64,000 nt of DNA from Octopus sinensis. Taxonomy: Eukaryota. Location: positions 4,092,001 through 4,156,000 of the forward strand of contig NC_043009.1 in assembly GCF_006345805.1 (NCBI RefSeq), given 5' to 3'. Every line of letters begins with the position of its first letter. Within the stretch, counting starts at the first letter, position 1. Positions 1 to 13,618 of the stretch are shown here, one piece after another. The position numbers were made by a program, and so were the translations under genes. The notes under the pieces are model-generated. The model had not been told where the DNA came from. It made no database searches and saw nothing but the letters and a program-made list of their open reading frames with translations.

Positions 1-82
1 GAACTCAGAACGTAGCAGCAGACGCTAAGCATTTCGCTAAGCCTTTCGCCCGGCGTGCTAACGATTCTGCCAGCTCGGCGCC
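1..82 (-). mobile_element. SINE family A, 5' (tRNA-like) head, cut by window edge
   Basis: Reverse complement matches the head of the full copies at 10277 and 35031 (ggcggcgagctggcagaa..ttagcacgccgggcgaaatgc..gttctgagttc). Confidence 0.85.
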
Positions 83-512
83 TTAATAATAATATTAATA
101 ATATTATTGGGAGAGCGTGTGTATAACAATAATATACAAATATACACGCGCTGATACACTCAAGTTGAGGTTAAATGCATATAGTTATATGTATGGATGT
201 ACAATGAAACTGCAAATAGTGATAGCAACATTAAAACATAGCTTGTGATTAGAATATCTAAATATATGTGTGTGCGTGTGTGTGTGTGTGTGATTATATA
301 TCTAGATTGATTATGAAATAGTAAACTGTACATGGAGATAGACTGCGGATATGAGACGAGCGCAGATATATAAATATGAGTTTATGGAATGTGTGAGTAT
401 GTGTATAGGAATATGTATATGTTATTGCATGTCGATGTAAATATGTGTGTGTACAAATATATACATGTGCGTGTGTGTATACACTAGGCTTTATGTTTTG
501 CGTTTGTTTATT

Positions 513-706
513 ATCGCTTAACAACCGCTGATGGTGTGTTTATGTCGCTGTAATTTAGCAGATCGTTAAAGAAAAAACAAATATAAAAAAGCGATGCTAG
601 AATAACTATACGGTTAAAATATATACTGGGGTCGATTTGATCACCTGAAACCTTCAGCGCGATGCACCAGCATGGCCGCAGTCAGTAACTGAAGCAAGAT
701 TAATAA
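513..706 (+). mobile_element. SINE family B, 3' half, diverged
   Basis: atcgcttaacaaccg..ctggggtcgattt..ccagcatggccgcagtca matches the 3' part of full B copies (e.g. 35392). Confidence 0.75.
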
Positions 707-1608
707 AAGCACACATACGCATACGCGCACACGCAGGTATATACATATACGTATAGACATCGATCTAACGCGTAGATACCACACGTATATACACATTTAT
801 TATTGTTTAACACCAGTTCAATTTTACATCCAATATGATAAAATGCAATCATTCAGTAATCACACGATTTATTAAGAACTTTGTCCGTTTTCACATCGAA
901 TGAATTCTTCAGTTCATCAAGACTTTATGACATTATTTGAGGGAGATTTGGTTGTTCTTCTCCGCAAAATGTGAAACCACCTAGAGTTTCCCACTTTGGA
1001 TACTTCTGCTTTTCATCGTTACATTAGACGGTTTATATATATGTGTATATATATATATATATTATTATTATTAGGATTTAAATATATGTATTGATTTGTA
1101 AGTAGATATACACATATGAAGAAATAATGCGCTGTGGACAGGTAGATAAGCAATTGGATGTGTATGTAGATGGAAGGATGGACGAATAGATAGGCAGAGG
1201 AATGGACGAGCAGATGAGAGAGAGAAGAACATAGATAGATATTGATTGCGCAGGCGGAAGATTGATACATAGGTAGATAAAGGTAGATATAGTTTTGAAC
1301 GAAATACAGGATCTCGGATACAGAGACGGTTGGAGAGCGAAAGAGGGAGAGCTATACTGCTGAATACACAGATAGATAGTTAGATAGATAGATATATAGA
1401 TAGATAGATAGATATATAGATGGATAGCATTAAATGGATATTATATGAACAGTTTTCTTGAATAAAAGATGTAATAATTTATTGCATCGAATTGGATTAT
1501 AGATGCATGTAAATTTTATCGAAATTGACGTAATCGAACGCATACGTATAAGCATATTCACACATGCGTGCACACAGAAAAGCGCGCACAATTTTGTGTA
1601 AATTTATA

Positions 1609-1763
1609 CAGTAGTTGTGTGGTAAGAAGCTGGCTTACCAACCACATGGTTCCGGGTTCGATCCCACTGCGTGGCGCATTGGGCAAATATCTTCTATAAT
1701 TTCGGGCCGACCAAAGCCTTGTGAGTGGATTTGGTATGCAGAAACTGAAAGAAGCCCGCCGTA

Positions 1764-1810
<47 letters not shown>

Positions 1811-1985
1811 TATATATAATGTGTGTGTGTTTTGTGTCTGCGTTTGTCCTCCCAACATCGCTTGACAACCGATGTTGGTGTATGTAAGTCCTTGTAGCTT
1901 AGCGGTTCGACAAAAGAGAATAAAGTGGCGGTGCTCCGGCTTGGCCGCAGTCAAATGACTAAAACATGTAAACGAATAAAATAAG
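1609..1985 (+). mobile_element. SINE family B (CORE-like), internal deletion
   Basis: tRNA-like head gtgtggtaag..ggttccgggttcgatcccac, CORE-like gcgtggcgcattgggcaa, internal (TA)n(TG)n, tail gcagtcaaatgact. Confidence 0.9.
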
Positions 1986-2550
1986 ATATATATATATATA
2001 TATATATATAACCATAACTAAAAAGGTATAATTGAATTATTTTTACATATACATACACATGTGCGAGCGTATGTATGTGTGTATGTGTCTATATATGTGT
2101 GTGTGTGTGTGAGAGAGAGATTCTGGTTTCGTATATATTACATATATAGAGCGATGGAAAATAGCTGAAAGTGGTGTAGATAGATAATATATTATTCACA
2201 GCTTGCATTATGAATGCATGTTTTAACATTGTCGTAAATACATATTTAAATACACGCATACACTCGCGCACCATGCATACTCGCTCATACCTAATTGTTT
2301 TATTGCGTATGTTTACCCATTCCTCAACCATGCAAATGCACGCATACTCAGTGTAAACGACTGAGCTAACTATTTGTTAGGCAGTTTCAAGAAATGCTAG
2401 AAATAACAGCTACTCAATCCCCGATATATCACACTCTAAGTCCCTTGAAAAGATATAATTGTTAATATATATACTTGGATACTCTTTCAGAAACAAGGTA
2501 TTGGCAAGACTTAATTGGCAATGTGTGTGTATATATATATATATATTATT

Positions 2551-2582
<32 letters not shown>

Positions 2583-2814
2583 TACATAACGCAAACACGC
2601 GCACGCGCACGCACGCACCTTATGGCAAGATGGTAGACCGTTGAATAATGCTTTGTTTTTTTTTTCCGATACGAGTTCGAATCACACTAAAGTCAAACTT
2701 TTCTCTCGTAATTGTAGGCTTTAGTAAATAAAGCATCATTACTAGCCTTCTTCTTCTCCTTCGTCTTCTTCATCATCTTCTTGTTCTTCTTCTTCTTCTT
2801 ATTATTATTATTAT

Positions 2815-3026
2815 GGTGAGCTGGCAGACTCGTTAGTGAACCAGGGAAAATGCTTAGTGGCATTTCGTCCGTCCTTATGTTCAGTGTTCAAATTCCGCCG
2901 AGGTCGACTTTGCATTTCATTCTTTCGGGTTCGATAAATTAAGTACCATTTACGTACTGGGGTCGATGTAATCATCTGTCACCCTCCCCCTCAAATTTCA
3001 GGCTTTGTACCCATAGTAGAATGGAT
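2815..3026 (+). mobile_element. SINE family A, tail type A2
   Basis: Head gagctggcaga, B-box-like gttcaaattcc, central gaggtcgactttgc..gataaattaagtacc, tail aaatttcaggctttgtacccatagtaga followed by (TAC)n/(AAT)n. Confidence 0.9.
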
Positions 3027-3661
3027 TACTACTACTACTACTACAAAAAAAATAATAATAATAAAATAAACTGATTTTGTTGAGGCAGTGAGTGAAATAA
3101 GGTTCACCAATATTAAAATTCCCAAGAAACACCTCTTCGTATGGAGGCTCCCCAACGAATCGAACTGGAGTTCAAACCTGAAAGATATACATATATATAT
3201 ATATATATATATTTACTCATTACATATGCATGACCACTCTAGAAATATATGTACTATATAATTTTTTTTACTTTATCTACCTAGTGATACATATGCAGGT
3301 GCAACTGCCAAATCAGCTGCACTCATAAATAGCTATCTTATACAATTACCTGCATCCACCTATCGCTGCGAGCAGGTGTGTGCATTGAAAAAGCAAGTGA
3401 CAAATGTTATAAATACAGGTGAGCACCAGTGAAAGATTATAATTCGGAGTGTTCCAAGATATAACTCTCGGTTTTGCGCCCAAATAGTGGAAGATTCGCA
3501 TAGTTATATCTTTCCCACGATAGATTTTCTAGGCAGTGTTTTCGCACCACTCCCAAACTTTCTCTACATAATACACAGTGGTATAGTAGGGTACTGCATT
3601 TTTCTTTAGTTTTTAGTGAGTTAATATTTTCTTTTGCTATGCATATAAAAATCATTATGTA

Positions 3662-3671
3662 CATCTATCTA

Positions 3672-3759
<88 letters not shown>

Positions 3760-3833
3760 TATATAATATGTGTGTTTGTATGTAATGTGTGTATCTGAAT
3801 ATACATTTGTGTGTGCACGTGTTTGTACTTATG

Positions 3834-3864
<31 letters not shown>

Positions 3865-4035
3865 GTAGCATGTGTATTTGTATATACATATATATATATA
3901 TGCGGGTATGTTTGTATACACGCATATATGTGTGTGTGTGTGTGTGTGTGGATATATTGTATATACGTTTATATGCGTGTGTGGATAGAATATGTATATG
4001 TGTGTGTGTGTTTACATACACACACACACACATGC
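3662..4035. repeat. Compound microsatellite (TATC)n(TC)n(TA)n(TG)n(CA)n
   Basis: Directly visible simple repeats. Confidence 0.95.
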
Positions 4036-7000
4036 TTATAACTGAATAAGCGTGTACAACTTTTCACTCAGGCACCTTATCGAGACTTGCTGGGAATCAT
4101 GTGTAGTCATCAATACACAGCGCAGCTGAGATACACATCACTATACACACACGCACATTGTATATCACCAATACTGTGCACACTTGTATCAATACTCTCT
4201 CTCTCTCTCTCTCTCTACATGTATATATTATATGCATACGCGTGCGCGTATACTCACATCAAGTCACTTTCTCTTTAGATATCTGATTATGAACACCCTC
4301 GCTCTGATTAACACATATCAATGCATGTATATATCTTATAACTCGAACACACGGTGATAATTCAACCATAAATACTTTTTTAATCGTTTCTATATACACT
4401 CACACTCGAACATTGCGTGTGTGTGTGTGTGTGGGGTGTAAATTTATTTGATATTGTATATGAAAACAATTTTAAACTAAGCTGAAAGATTGATCACTTG
4501 ATAGTTTTTTTTAGAGAAGTACATGATTATAAATACTTTACATGAAAAATGGTGACAGTGACTTCGAAGATACCAACTGTGTGAGGACGATTGGTAAACC
4601 GAAACTTCGAACTCACTATCAATGTTTTCCTTGTAACACATATACACACAAATATATACCGATAGTATATATGGAATTATACTCGTCCTATCACTCACAC
4701 ACGCACACTTTATAAATATATATATATATATATATATGTGTGTGGTGTGTGTGTGTGTGTGTGTCTTTATCGTGGGAGCCGCTTTGTGTGATAACTTGGG
4801 GACGAAGCCTTTACGATAACAATAACTGATTGATAACATTATCCGCGGTTATGATAAGTAGATTCCATTGTATTTATGTGCGTGTCTGTTTTTTTATGTC
4901 TGTTTGCGACAGTATGTGTATATGAGTGTAGGTGCATCAATAACTCTAACAGTGTATATCCATTTATATATCAGACCCACACATGCACAAAGACATGTCT
5001 GTGTTGCGCACATAGGTAGGAGAAGATACTGACTTTACTGGATAATATATATATATGTGCGTCTACATAAATATAGTGTATAAACTTTATACATATATAT
5101 GTATTCCCGTTTATCGATTTCCGATACATACACATATATACGCTGTTAAATACCATTTCGAATATATATGTATATCTATATATCCTTATATACATACGTG
5201 CGTGTATATGTGCAGGCACCCATATGCATTAAATATACATTGCTATATTTTCTGTCACGCTATGCAAAATAGAATATCGTTGAGGAATTAATGTAAACCG
5301 ATGTTCTTTGCAAAGAGGAAAAATACAGGATGGTCACAGATGGACCGATTATAATTTCAAACACACACACACACACACACGCATATATACACACAAACAA
5401 TATCGGTTATAATGCCTTGCGATATTTGCTCCGGATCTTTATACACCGAGTTCAAATCCCGTTGAATCAAAGTACCAGTCAAATACTAGAATCAATGATA
5501 TCGATTTCCTTATTCTTTCAAAATCCCTGGTCTAGTGCCTAAACCAAAAACCAATACGATTACAATCAATTACAGGCGGTTAGTTGGCAGAGTTGTCAGA
5601 GTATCAAAAAATATATACTGTAAATATTTCAGCGCTTTTTATTCTGAGTTCAAATCGTGCCACAGCATGTAAAGCATTTCGTCAATTCGGAAGTTCATAT
5701 AAAGAAACGCTATCTGCCGTATAAATAGTAATTATCTCCTAATTTAAGTTATAAAACGAATAGGGTATAATGGAGTTCCAGATCCGCGGCTGTTTAGCCC
5801 CGTGTTAGACTTGTTTTATAAAAAAAAAAAAAAAAAAAACAGAAATTCATGGGTCCCCGTTGTTTTCAGCGGTGAGGAGTACTTATTGAATTATAGTAGG
5901 AATTATAATAGTATTCCTCATAGTTGAGACGATTAAAGTATTTTTAAGACAGAATTTCAGTCGTCTATCAGCTGGGCTTTAATAGTGTCCGTATACCCAG
6001 CTTTAGTTACGTGCCTTGGGTTAAACTGAGACTACGGTAAAAAAACAAAAACAAAAGAAAACAGCAATATGATCAAAACCGAGACCTTATCATTGCGAAG
6101 AGAGTCATTTTTTTACGGTCAAATATAAGTAGATGCGGGCCGTAACTACACACACACAAACAATATATATACATATATAAATGTTTGCATGTCTCTCTGA
6201 AGGAGACTACGGCAGCGGTACTTGATATTAATAGTTATCGCCATATATATATATATATACACACACAGACACACGATAACACAACCACATTTATACATAG
6301 ATACACGCATACATGCATACATACATGTACCCAATGTAATTGTGACTGAGCAGACCTATGATGAAAGACATTCTTGTTGTGACTACCACACCTTTTATTC
6401 GGACTTAGTGTATCTTGTGTTACAACAGCCAAAGATTGCTTTCCTTTGTAAAGACGACACGCTATGACAGTTAATTCCAGCTTGTTTCAATGACTGCACG
6501 TAGGATCCCGCGTTAGGTTGCATGCTGTTTTGTTTCGGTCTTCCATGTTGTGAGTTCAAATCCCACATGCATAAGTTTGGTTTTTTATCTCTCTGGGATC
6601 TATAAAATAATTGGCAGTCAAATTCTGGGATGGAATTTATCGACGACACAAACCTTTTCCTCGTGGTCTTAAGCTAACAAAAGAAATCAATATTTTTATT
6701 ATTGATTTATTTTCCCCATATCTTAGCGACGGGGTTAAGATTACGGCTCCTTCGCATTTTAAACCGGTTTCGATTCCTGTTTGAACCAATTTTGGTTTAT
6801 ATATAATACTCTAAAACACTGGGAAAATCATTGTTTTGCAAAAGTGTTTAATGCAATCCGTTTGCACTACCAATGTTTTTGGGAAATGCATGAACGCATC
6901 ACATCAGTCGTGACATGAGAATGTTGCATATGTGGATAGCAATGGCTCAAGATGTAAGGTGCTCATAAACAGTCCAAAATGCAGTTTCGATTCCAACACA

Positions 7001-8030
7001 GAGCCTCCGAGGAAAGTATTGTCATGTAGAACAAGACTGGTTTCGAGTCTACTGGAAGAATATCCTCCGAAAATTCTGAGTAGCTATGAGGGTATATTTC
7101 TAATCATGAGGTACTTCCTTTCATGGGCCCCTTGATAGATATTAGCAGACAGAACAAAACTGTTCTCAGGATGTTGGTCTGCCCGCAATTCATGATATCT
7201 GTGATATTTGTCTTTTTAAAGTGAGGTGCCCCTAACACGAAGCCGCTTTTTGGAGCTCCGTACTCCGGACCAGTCAGTGTACATGCTGAACTATCCTTTT
7301 ATAGGCCCCGCGTCTGTGTGTTACTACTGCACATTACTGCTGATTTTACACGTGTAGTGTAAGTCTGGGAGTCTTTATGCTTTCAATCCACTCTCAAATC
7401 TTTAGAAAATAACATGAGATAGACACGGCCCAGAGGTTATTGATCATAAACTCTTCTTGATCAGATCTGACTGAGGTCTAAACAGCAATAACAACAACAA
7501 CAACAGATGTATATACTATTTAATATGCCAGAGTATAAAAGGCATGAACACACAGAAGAACATCATGCGATTTCTACCTCCAACTCTGATAAATTGTGTC
7601 CTTGGGCTTGTGTCTAATTAGAATAAAGAAGGAAAGAAACAGTGAAAGCTTGACGGGTAAATGGTTTGTACCTGATTCGGTTTCAGAATTACAAAGACAG
7701 TAAACGTGTCTGTGGAATACCCAACCACTTACTCGATTATTTAAATAATTCAGTTGATCAAGCAAATGTGTAGTCATCGTCAAAAGAAGCGAAGGATACA
7801 TTTCTATATAAACAGCTATATGTAGTTTATAATTTGTAAAGGTACTCGGGAGTTAATATTTTGTCAATACCGGTTTCTTGTAGGTTTCCACTTATCGCCT
7901 CTTCATATTGTTTAGCTAGCCAAAGAAGGAGCTTACATGCTAACAGTCAAATTACACAGTTATTGGCTTAAAAAAACAAAAAAAAAACGAAGGATATACT
8001 TTTTAGAGTAAACTGTTCGTTCCTTCTCGA

Positions 8031-8304
8031 GCAATGCCTGACTCGTAAGGGCCGGTTTCCTTGGCGCATGGGTTCTCCACCTGGACAGGACGCCGGTCCG
8101 TCGCAGGTGAGCTGCAAGATGCAGGAGGAAAGAGTGAGAGAAAGTTGTGGCGAAAGAGTCAGCAGAAGTTCGTCATTACCTTCTGTCGGAGCCGCGTGGA
8201 GCTTAGATGTTTTGCTCATAAACACACACATCGCCCGGTCTGAGATTCGAACCCGCAATCCCTCGACCGCGAGTCCGCTGCTCTAACCACTAGGCCATGT
8301 GCTC
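8031..8304 (-). mobile_element. tRNA-headed SINE, family C head/middle with D-type tail
   Basis: Minus strand begins gagcacatggcctagtggttagagcagcggactcgcggtcgaggga..ggttcgaatc (A and B boxes); middle shared with 52954-53257; tail (ctggacaggacgccggtccgtcgca on +) shared with 45738-45973. Confidence 0.85.
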
Positions 8305-8498
8305 GTGTAAATTGAAACCCAATAAAAGTTTTTACTAGTTCTATAGACGAAGTGGGTTTGTACGGTTCTGTCCACCAAATTTCGCAGGCAGATGCTATTA
8401 GTCAACCCGAAGCTATAATAGACAAGATATTCCTTATGAGATTGATCCTGGGAACAGGTGGATGCGAAGCGAGCTTATCAAACATATTTTATTTATTT

Positions 8499-8768
8499 AT
8501 GCGCCTTTTTCAAGCCTAGTCAGGCTCATGGGCCCGGTTTCCCGATTTCTATGACGTATGTGTTCCCCCCACCCAGCTGGACGGGACGCCAGACCATCGC
8601 AGCATTACTCAAGAAACGGGAAGAAATAGTGAGAGAAAGTTGGGGCGATAGAGTACAAAAGGGGTCGCCACCATCCCCTGCCGGAGCCTCGTGGAGCTTT
8701 AGGTGTTTTCGCTCAATAAACACACACAACGCCCGGTCTGGGAATCGAAGCCGCGATCCTCAAATGAT
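8499..8768 (-). mobile_element. tRNA-headed SINE, C middle plus D tail, head truncated
   Basis: atgcgcctttttcaagcctag..gggcccggtttccc..ctggacgggacgccag matches 45738 onward; gtgagagaaagtt..gtggagctttagg..cggtctgggaatcgaa matches 53083-53200. Confidence 0.85.
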
Positions 8769-10276
8769 CTTGTAAAAGTCTTGAAATTTGCAGCATCGTA
8801 TATCAACACTTTGCTTTAAAATTCAGAAATTTTAAGTATTTAAAAAAAAAAAAAATTTTTTTATAAAAAATTATACAATGATGATAAATTCATTCTACGC
8901 CTACGTGTAGAAATTGCGATCAGGTTTCAATTCTGGTGGGGACGCAAACACATCTAACATAGCGTCACCCATACCATTGCCAAAAGCCGAACCGTGACAT
9001 CTCGGTTTTACACTCTTAAATTCGAAGATTGAATCTAGAGAACATGTTTCGAGTTTCAATAAAAGATGTCTATTCAATTCCCTTAACATATCTCTATGAA
9101 ATTATGGCAAGTTTTGTGAAAATAATTTCCCATATGTCACACTTATCTTGTAGAAAGATATGTAAGACACAGCATATCATTTTCATAAACATCGGTGGTT
9201 CCTAAACTTGTTGAAACGTGCAACACCTATATAACTTAACAAAAATTGTGGACAAACACACAACATTGAATGAAATTGCTTTAAGGAAAGCATTTAACTA
9301 TGAAACGAAAATAATATATAAACATCACTCTAAAATAATAAACACCATTTTTAAAGATAGTTTTAAAAAAAATTTTAAGAGACTCTTTAATTTGGTGATC
9401 TCTGAATATTTTCGTACTACCATAGAGTGTCACGAAACCCACTTTTCAGAAACACTAATATGCATTTTAGACATGTCTAGTATACCTGCCTTAAAACAAA
9501 ATATACTCTCTGGACTCAGAGTTTATCGCTAGAATTTTGGTATAGATATTACATTTCTTTTTAAAATTTGGTTTGACAGTTCATGCTTGTAGAATAACTA
9601 TGCAGCAAAATAAGCACATGTTTTGGTCATGAAGGGTGGAAGGCCCCTTCCGTGAGAAGAATCACAGACTTTGTTAGTTTATCTGAGATTTTATAAAAGA
9701 TGAAGACACTTTAAAATGATCTTTCCAAAATATAGTGAATTCATATAATTGTGTTTACTGTGGATGTTAATAGATAAAGCCTGGCACAGCCGCTTAATGA
9801 TAGAGTTGGGTTTAAGCTGAGGGAATGCCTGGAAGAAACTGAATATTTATCTCACTTTACATTCAGCACTTGGGTCTTCATGCCGTGACAGAAAATTCAA
9901 TGAAAAGGTGGATGGGGTGCTGTAGTGGCTTTGTTCTTAGGGTATCAGTGGGCCTTAAACTGATTCTGCAAGTTGCAGGGTTGATGAAATATGTAGTTTT
10001 CAAGCACGAGGGCGGTTCATTTAAAAACCAGTGTCCTTCTACCAAATTACATAGACCACTGCAAGTGTAAGGAGATCGGCGAAGTGGGAGAACATTTATT
10101 TACAGTGCTTCGTATTAAGTTTAAAATATCACACAGTCATGGGCTTTACGTGTCGTTCTACCTCTGTCCTTTATGGATACCAACGATACCAAATAAACCC
10201 TCTATGTGTGCCTGTAATAGGTAATAAAAAGAAAGCAACGATACCAAACAAAATTTTGTTTCTTTTTACCTCTTAT

Positions 10277-10506
10277 TAAGGCAGCGAGCTGGCAGAAACG
10301 TTAGCATGCCGAGCGAAATGCGTAGCCATATTTCGTCTGCCGTTACGTTCTGAGTTCAAATTCCGCCGAGGCTGACTTTGCCTATTATCCTTTCGGAATC
10401 GATTCAATAAGTACCAGTTACGCACTGGGGTCGATATAATCGACTTAATCCCTTTGTCTGTCCTTGTTTGTCCTGTGTTTAGCCCCTTGTGGGCAGTAAA
10501 GAAATA
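10277..10506 (+). mobile_element. SINE family A (tail A1), full length with TSD
   Basis: Complete head-body-tail ending gtaaagaaata; 14-bp direct repeat tttttacctcttat at 10263-10276 and 10507-10520. Confidence 0.95.
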
Positions 10507-13271
10507 TTTTTACCTCTTATCACCGTCGATTAGGAATGATATTCTTAATCACCAGAGCTGAGTGAAGGCACCCGAAAACGGACTGTCTCCCGGCATGACA
10601 CGTACTAGGGATCACCACGTAATATTTTGGGTATATTCAAAGAAATCTAAACAAAAGTATGAAAAATAATAAATTAAAAGATTTTACTCGTAACTTTAAT
10701 AAACTGTAATAGACATTTTATTTCAGCATTTGTTTATTTATTGTCATTCTTTAAACATCATACACGTAAGGGTACCGAAATTCAGCTTGTTCAAAGCCCC
10801 TAGAACCTAAGGCCCAAACCTGCTTAATCCCAACATTTTCTAACTGCGCTAAATATCCGCAACCTGAAGAACTCACCAATACTACGCAGTCTTATTTTCT
10901 TCCCACTTTCGACATAGACAAAAGACCTTGAACCTATTATCGAAAAAAATCAATAATCTATGATTCACAAACAGAAGCAACGAGCGATGTAGCGCTAAAT
11001 ATCATCAGCTGATGGGTCAGAGTTAGCAACACCGTTTGCACTGAATAACTAACTATACGTAAGTTAACGACACCGGTTTTTTTCTCTCATACCTACTAAA
11101 GACTATTGACTTCCCTTGTACACCGCTAACACAAACTATGGGGTCAAACATATCTACACAGTTTCAATTTGACCCGTTGAAGATCCCACTCGTTGCTTTA
11201 CACCATTTTTAATCCATGGATCCTTTTGATTACTATTTTATTCTGGTGGAACCCCATAGCCATCCGATGTTTAAAACCTGATTCTACAGCAACTTCCACT
11301 TTTGTTTTTCACACATTGACTTGTGAAGGTTGAACTATGTAAAATGCTAGAAGAAACCCAGCTGTTTCTTGCAATACATACATCTAAAGCAAAATTCTTT
11401 CATGGGGCCCTTAAAATAGTATTACGCATGCCTAATTTAATATTTTCCTGCGTCAACACCCAAAAAATCTTATATGGAGCTTCAGTGGCCATATGGGCCC
11501 CGATTGCGAGGCACTGCTTTACACTGTAAATTCAGTTAGTGGAACGAATCTAGCGAAATGGTTTGGTTTTACCTGACGAAAACTACGTACTTTGTTTTAT
11601 ACAATGGAAGCAACTATTGAGTCAAAGTCAGCTAATTCAGTTAGCGGAAAATTTTAGTGACATGGCTTGGTTCTACCTGTCGAAGATGATCTATGTTGCT
11701 TTATAATTTACTATGCAGCCAGTGGAAAACAATGTAGCCACGCGATTTCTACTTTACTTACTGAAGGCGTCTCTCTTTTCTTATATATCTCATAATATTC
11801 AGTCAGAGAGGTGTGGGCATAAATTCTCATTTCACAACATTGCGAATAAATAAATAAATAAAATAATTCGTAAAAAGTCACTTTATACTATAAATCAGGT
11901 CAAAAGGTCATCTTATGTATTAGACGAGAGAGCTATAGTAACATGAATAATATGCAGAGAAGTGGAATCAGTAGGGAATTGAAACCGGGTCATAACTATG
12001 ACTTCTTTGACAACTTACTTGTTCTAAGATGTAGGTTAAAATTATGTAAACATACATGAAATCAATAATAGCAACTAACGGCGTCCTCTGGAAATTTCAC
12101 GGCTCAGAAGTTTTCATATTTCTCATTTCTTGTATAAATTTATAGTCCATAAATTTATTATATAAATCATTGTTATTTATAATATACAGCTTAGCATAGT
12201 TTCATTTCATGGATGTTTATTTTATTTTTTATACTTTTCATTTGTTTCCACATTGAAGACTGTTTAAGGCGTATCCATCCAGCATTCAAACAATCTTTGT
12301 TTTTAAATTTTACTTATGATTTCGATTCTATCTTATATAAATTACCAAAAATTGCAGACAAGAGTAGTTAAGGCCTAAATATCTTTCACTGTGTTAAAAT
12401 TTTCGTTTAAATATAATATTGCTAATATATATGAGTTATTTCAAGCGTAACATTCGAACACATGTTTGAGGGTAACATCAACAAAAGCGAATTATATTAT
12501 AGAAGATGGAGTGAAATAACGTCGTGTTACAAATCTGATGAGTATAAAATATGTACTATGATTAGGATAATACCAGTTAGGTATTGGGGTACTGTTCTCG
12601 AAAACTGCGTCATAGTATTTGCTGAGGCTCTGGTATATTCTTCGCATTAACGCTTGCAAACTTGATTTTGGTATTCAACTTCTAGTGAAGTCGCAGAGGT
12701 GCCGTTGAGATTTAATTTCAGCCCCAAAACGCACGGTCAAGTGTTGGTCAAGTGTCCGAAATCATAGTTCGGTTTCACCATTGTTTGCTTTGCGAGTGTA
12801 AATTCGCAAACAATAACTCTGATGAAGATAGTCCGGTGAATGAGTGGCTGAAATCGGTATAAGAACAAAAGAGAAACACGTATATATGCATCCAGATGAA
12901 ACTAGCGAAGGCCTGTGTGTGTGTGTGTGTATAGAGGTGCGCGCATGTGCGATAGTCTCCCTCGATGTATATCAGCGAAACATGTACAAATCGATGAGAA
13001 ACCGGTGTAAAGTGAAAGAAGTCCACTGATTTGCAATCGGTCTCCCGTCGCTCTTACTGTCCGATATGCAGTAAAAGAGTGACTGACTTATGGAAAGCCG
13101 TGTCCGATGACGCTGCTGTTAAAAACCTGAAGTATATAATAATAAACATGTGTGTGTGTGTGTGAATATACATGCATATGTATGTATGTGCGTATATGTA
13201 AATATACGCACATTTATATATAGGTTTAAACGTTCGTGTAAACGCGCGTGTGTGTGTAATATATATATATA

Positions 13272-13618
13272 TTCTTTTACTTGTGGCCATGCTGGAGTAC
13301 CGGCTTTTTAGTCGAAGAAATCGACCCCAGGATTTATTTTTTGTAAGCCTGGTAGTTATTCTATTGGTTGTATTTTTGCTGAACCGCTAAGTTACGGGGA
13401 CGTAAGTACACCAAAATCTGTTGTCAAGCGATTGTGGTGGTGGGAGCACACACACACACACACACGTATATATATATATACGACGTGCTTCTTTTCAATT
13501 TCCGTCTAACGAATCTTTGGTTGGTCCGAGGATATAGTAGAATATACTTGCCCAAGATGCCACGCAGATGGACCGAACCTGGGACCAGATGGTTGGGAAG
13601 CAAGCTTCTTTCCTCACA
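13272..13618 (-). mobile_element. SINE family B, diverged
   Basis: Reverse complement of B: ggccatgctggag..tcgaccccagga..gaaccgctaagttacggggacg..cttgcccaagatgccacgcag. Confidence 0.9.

Noticed and set aside
8901-9089. CHGSAFGNGMG resembling hAT transposase or nucleotidyltransferase motifs
   Set aside because: The similarity is too weak and there are no flanking conserved motifs.
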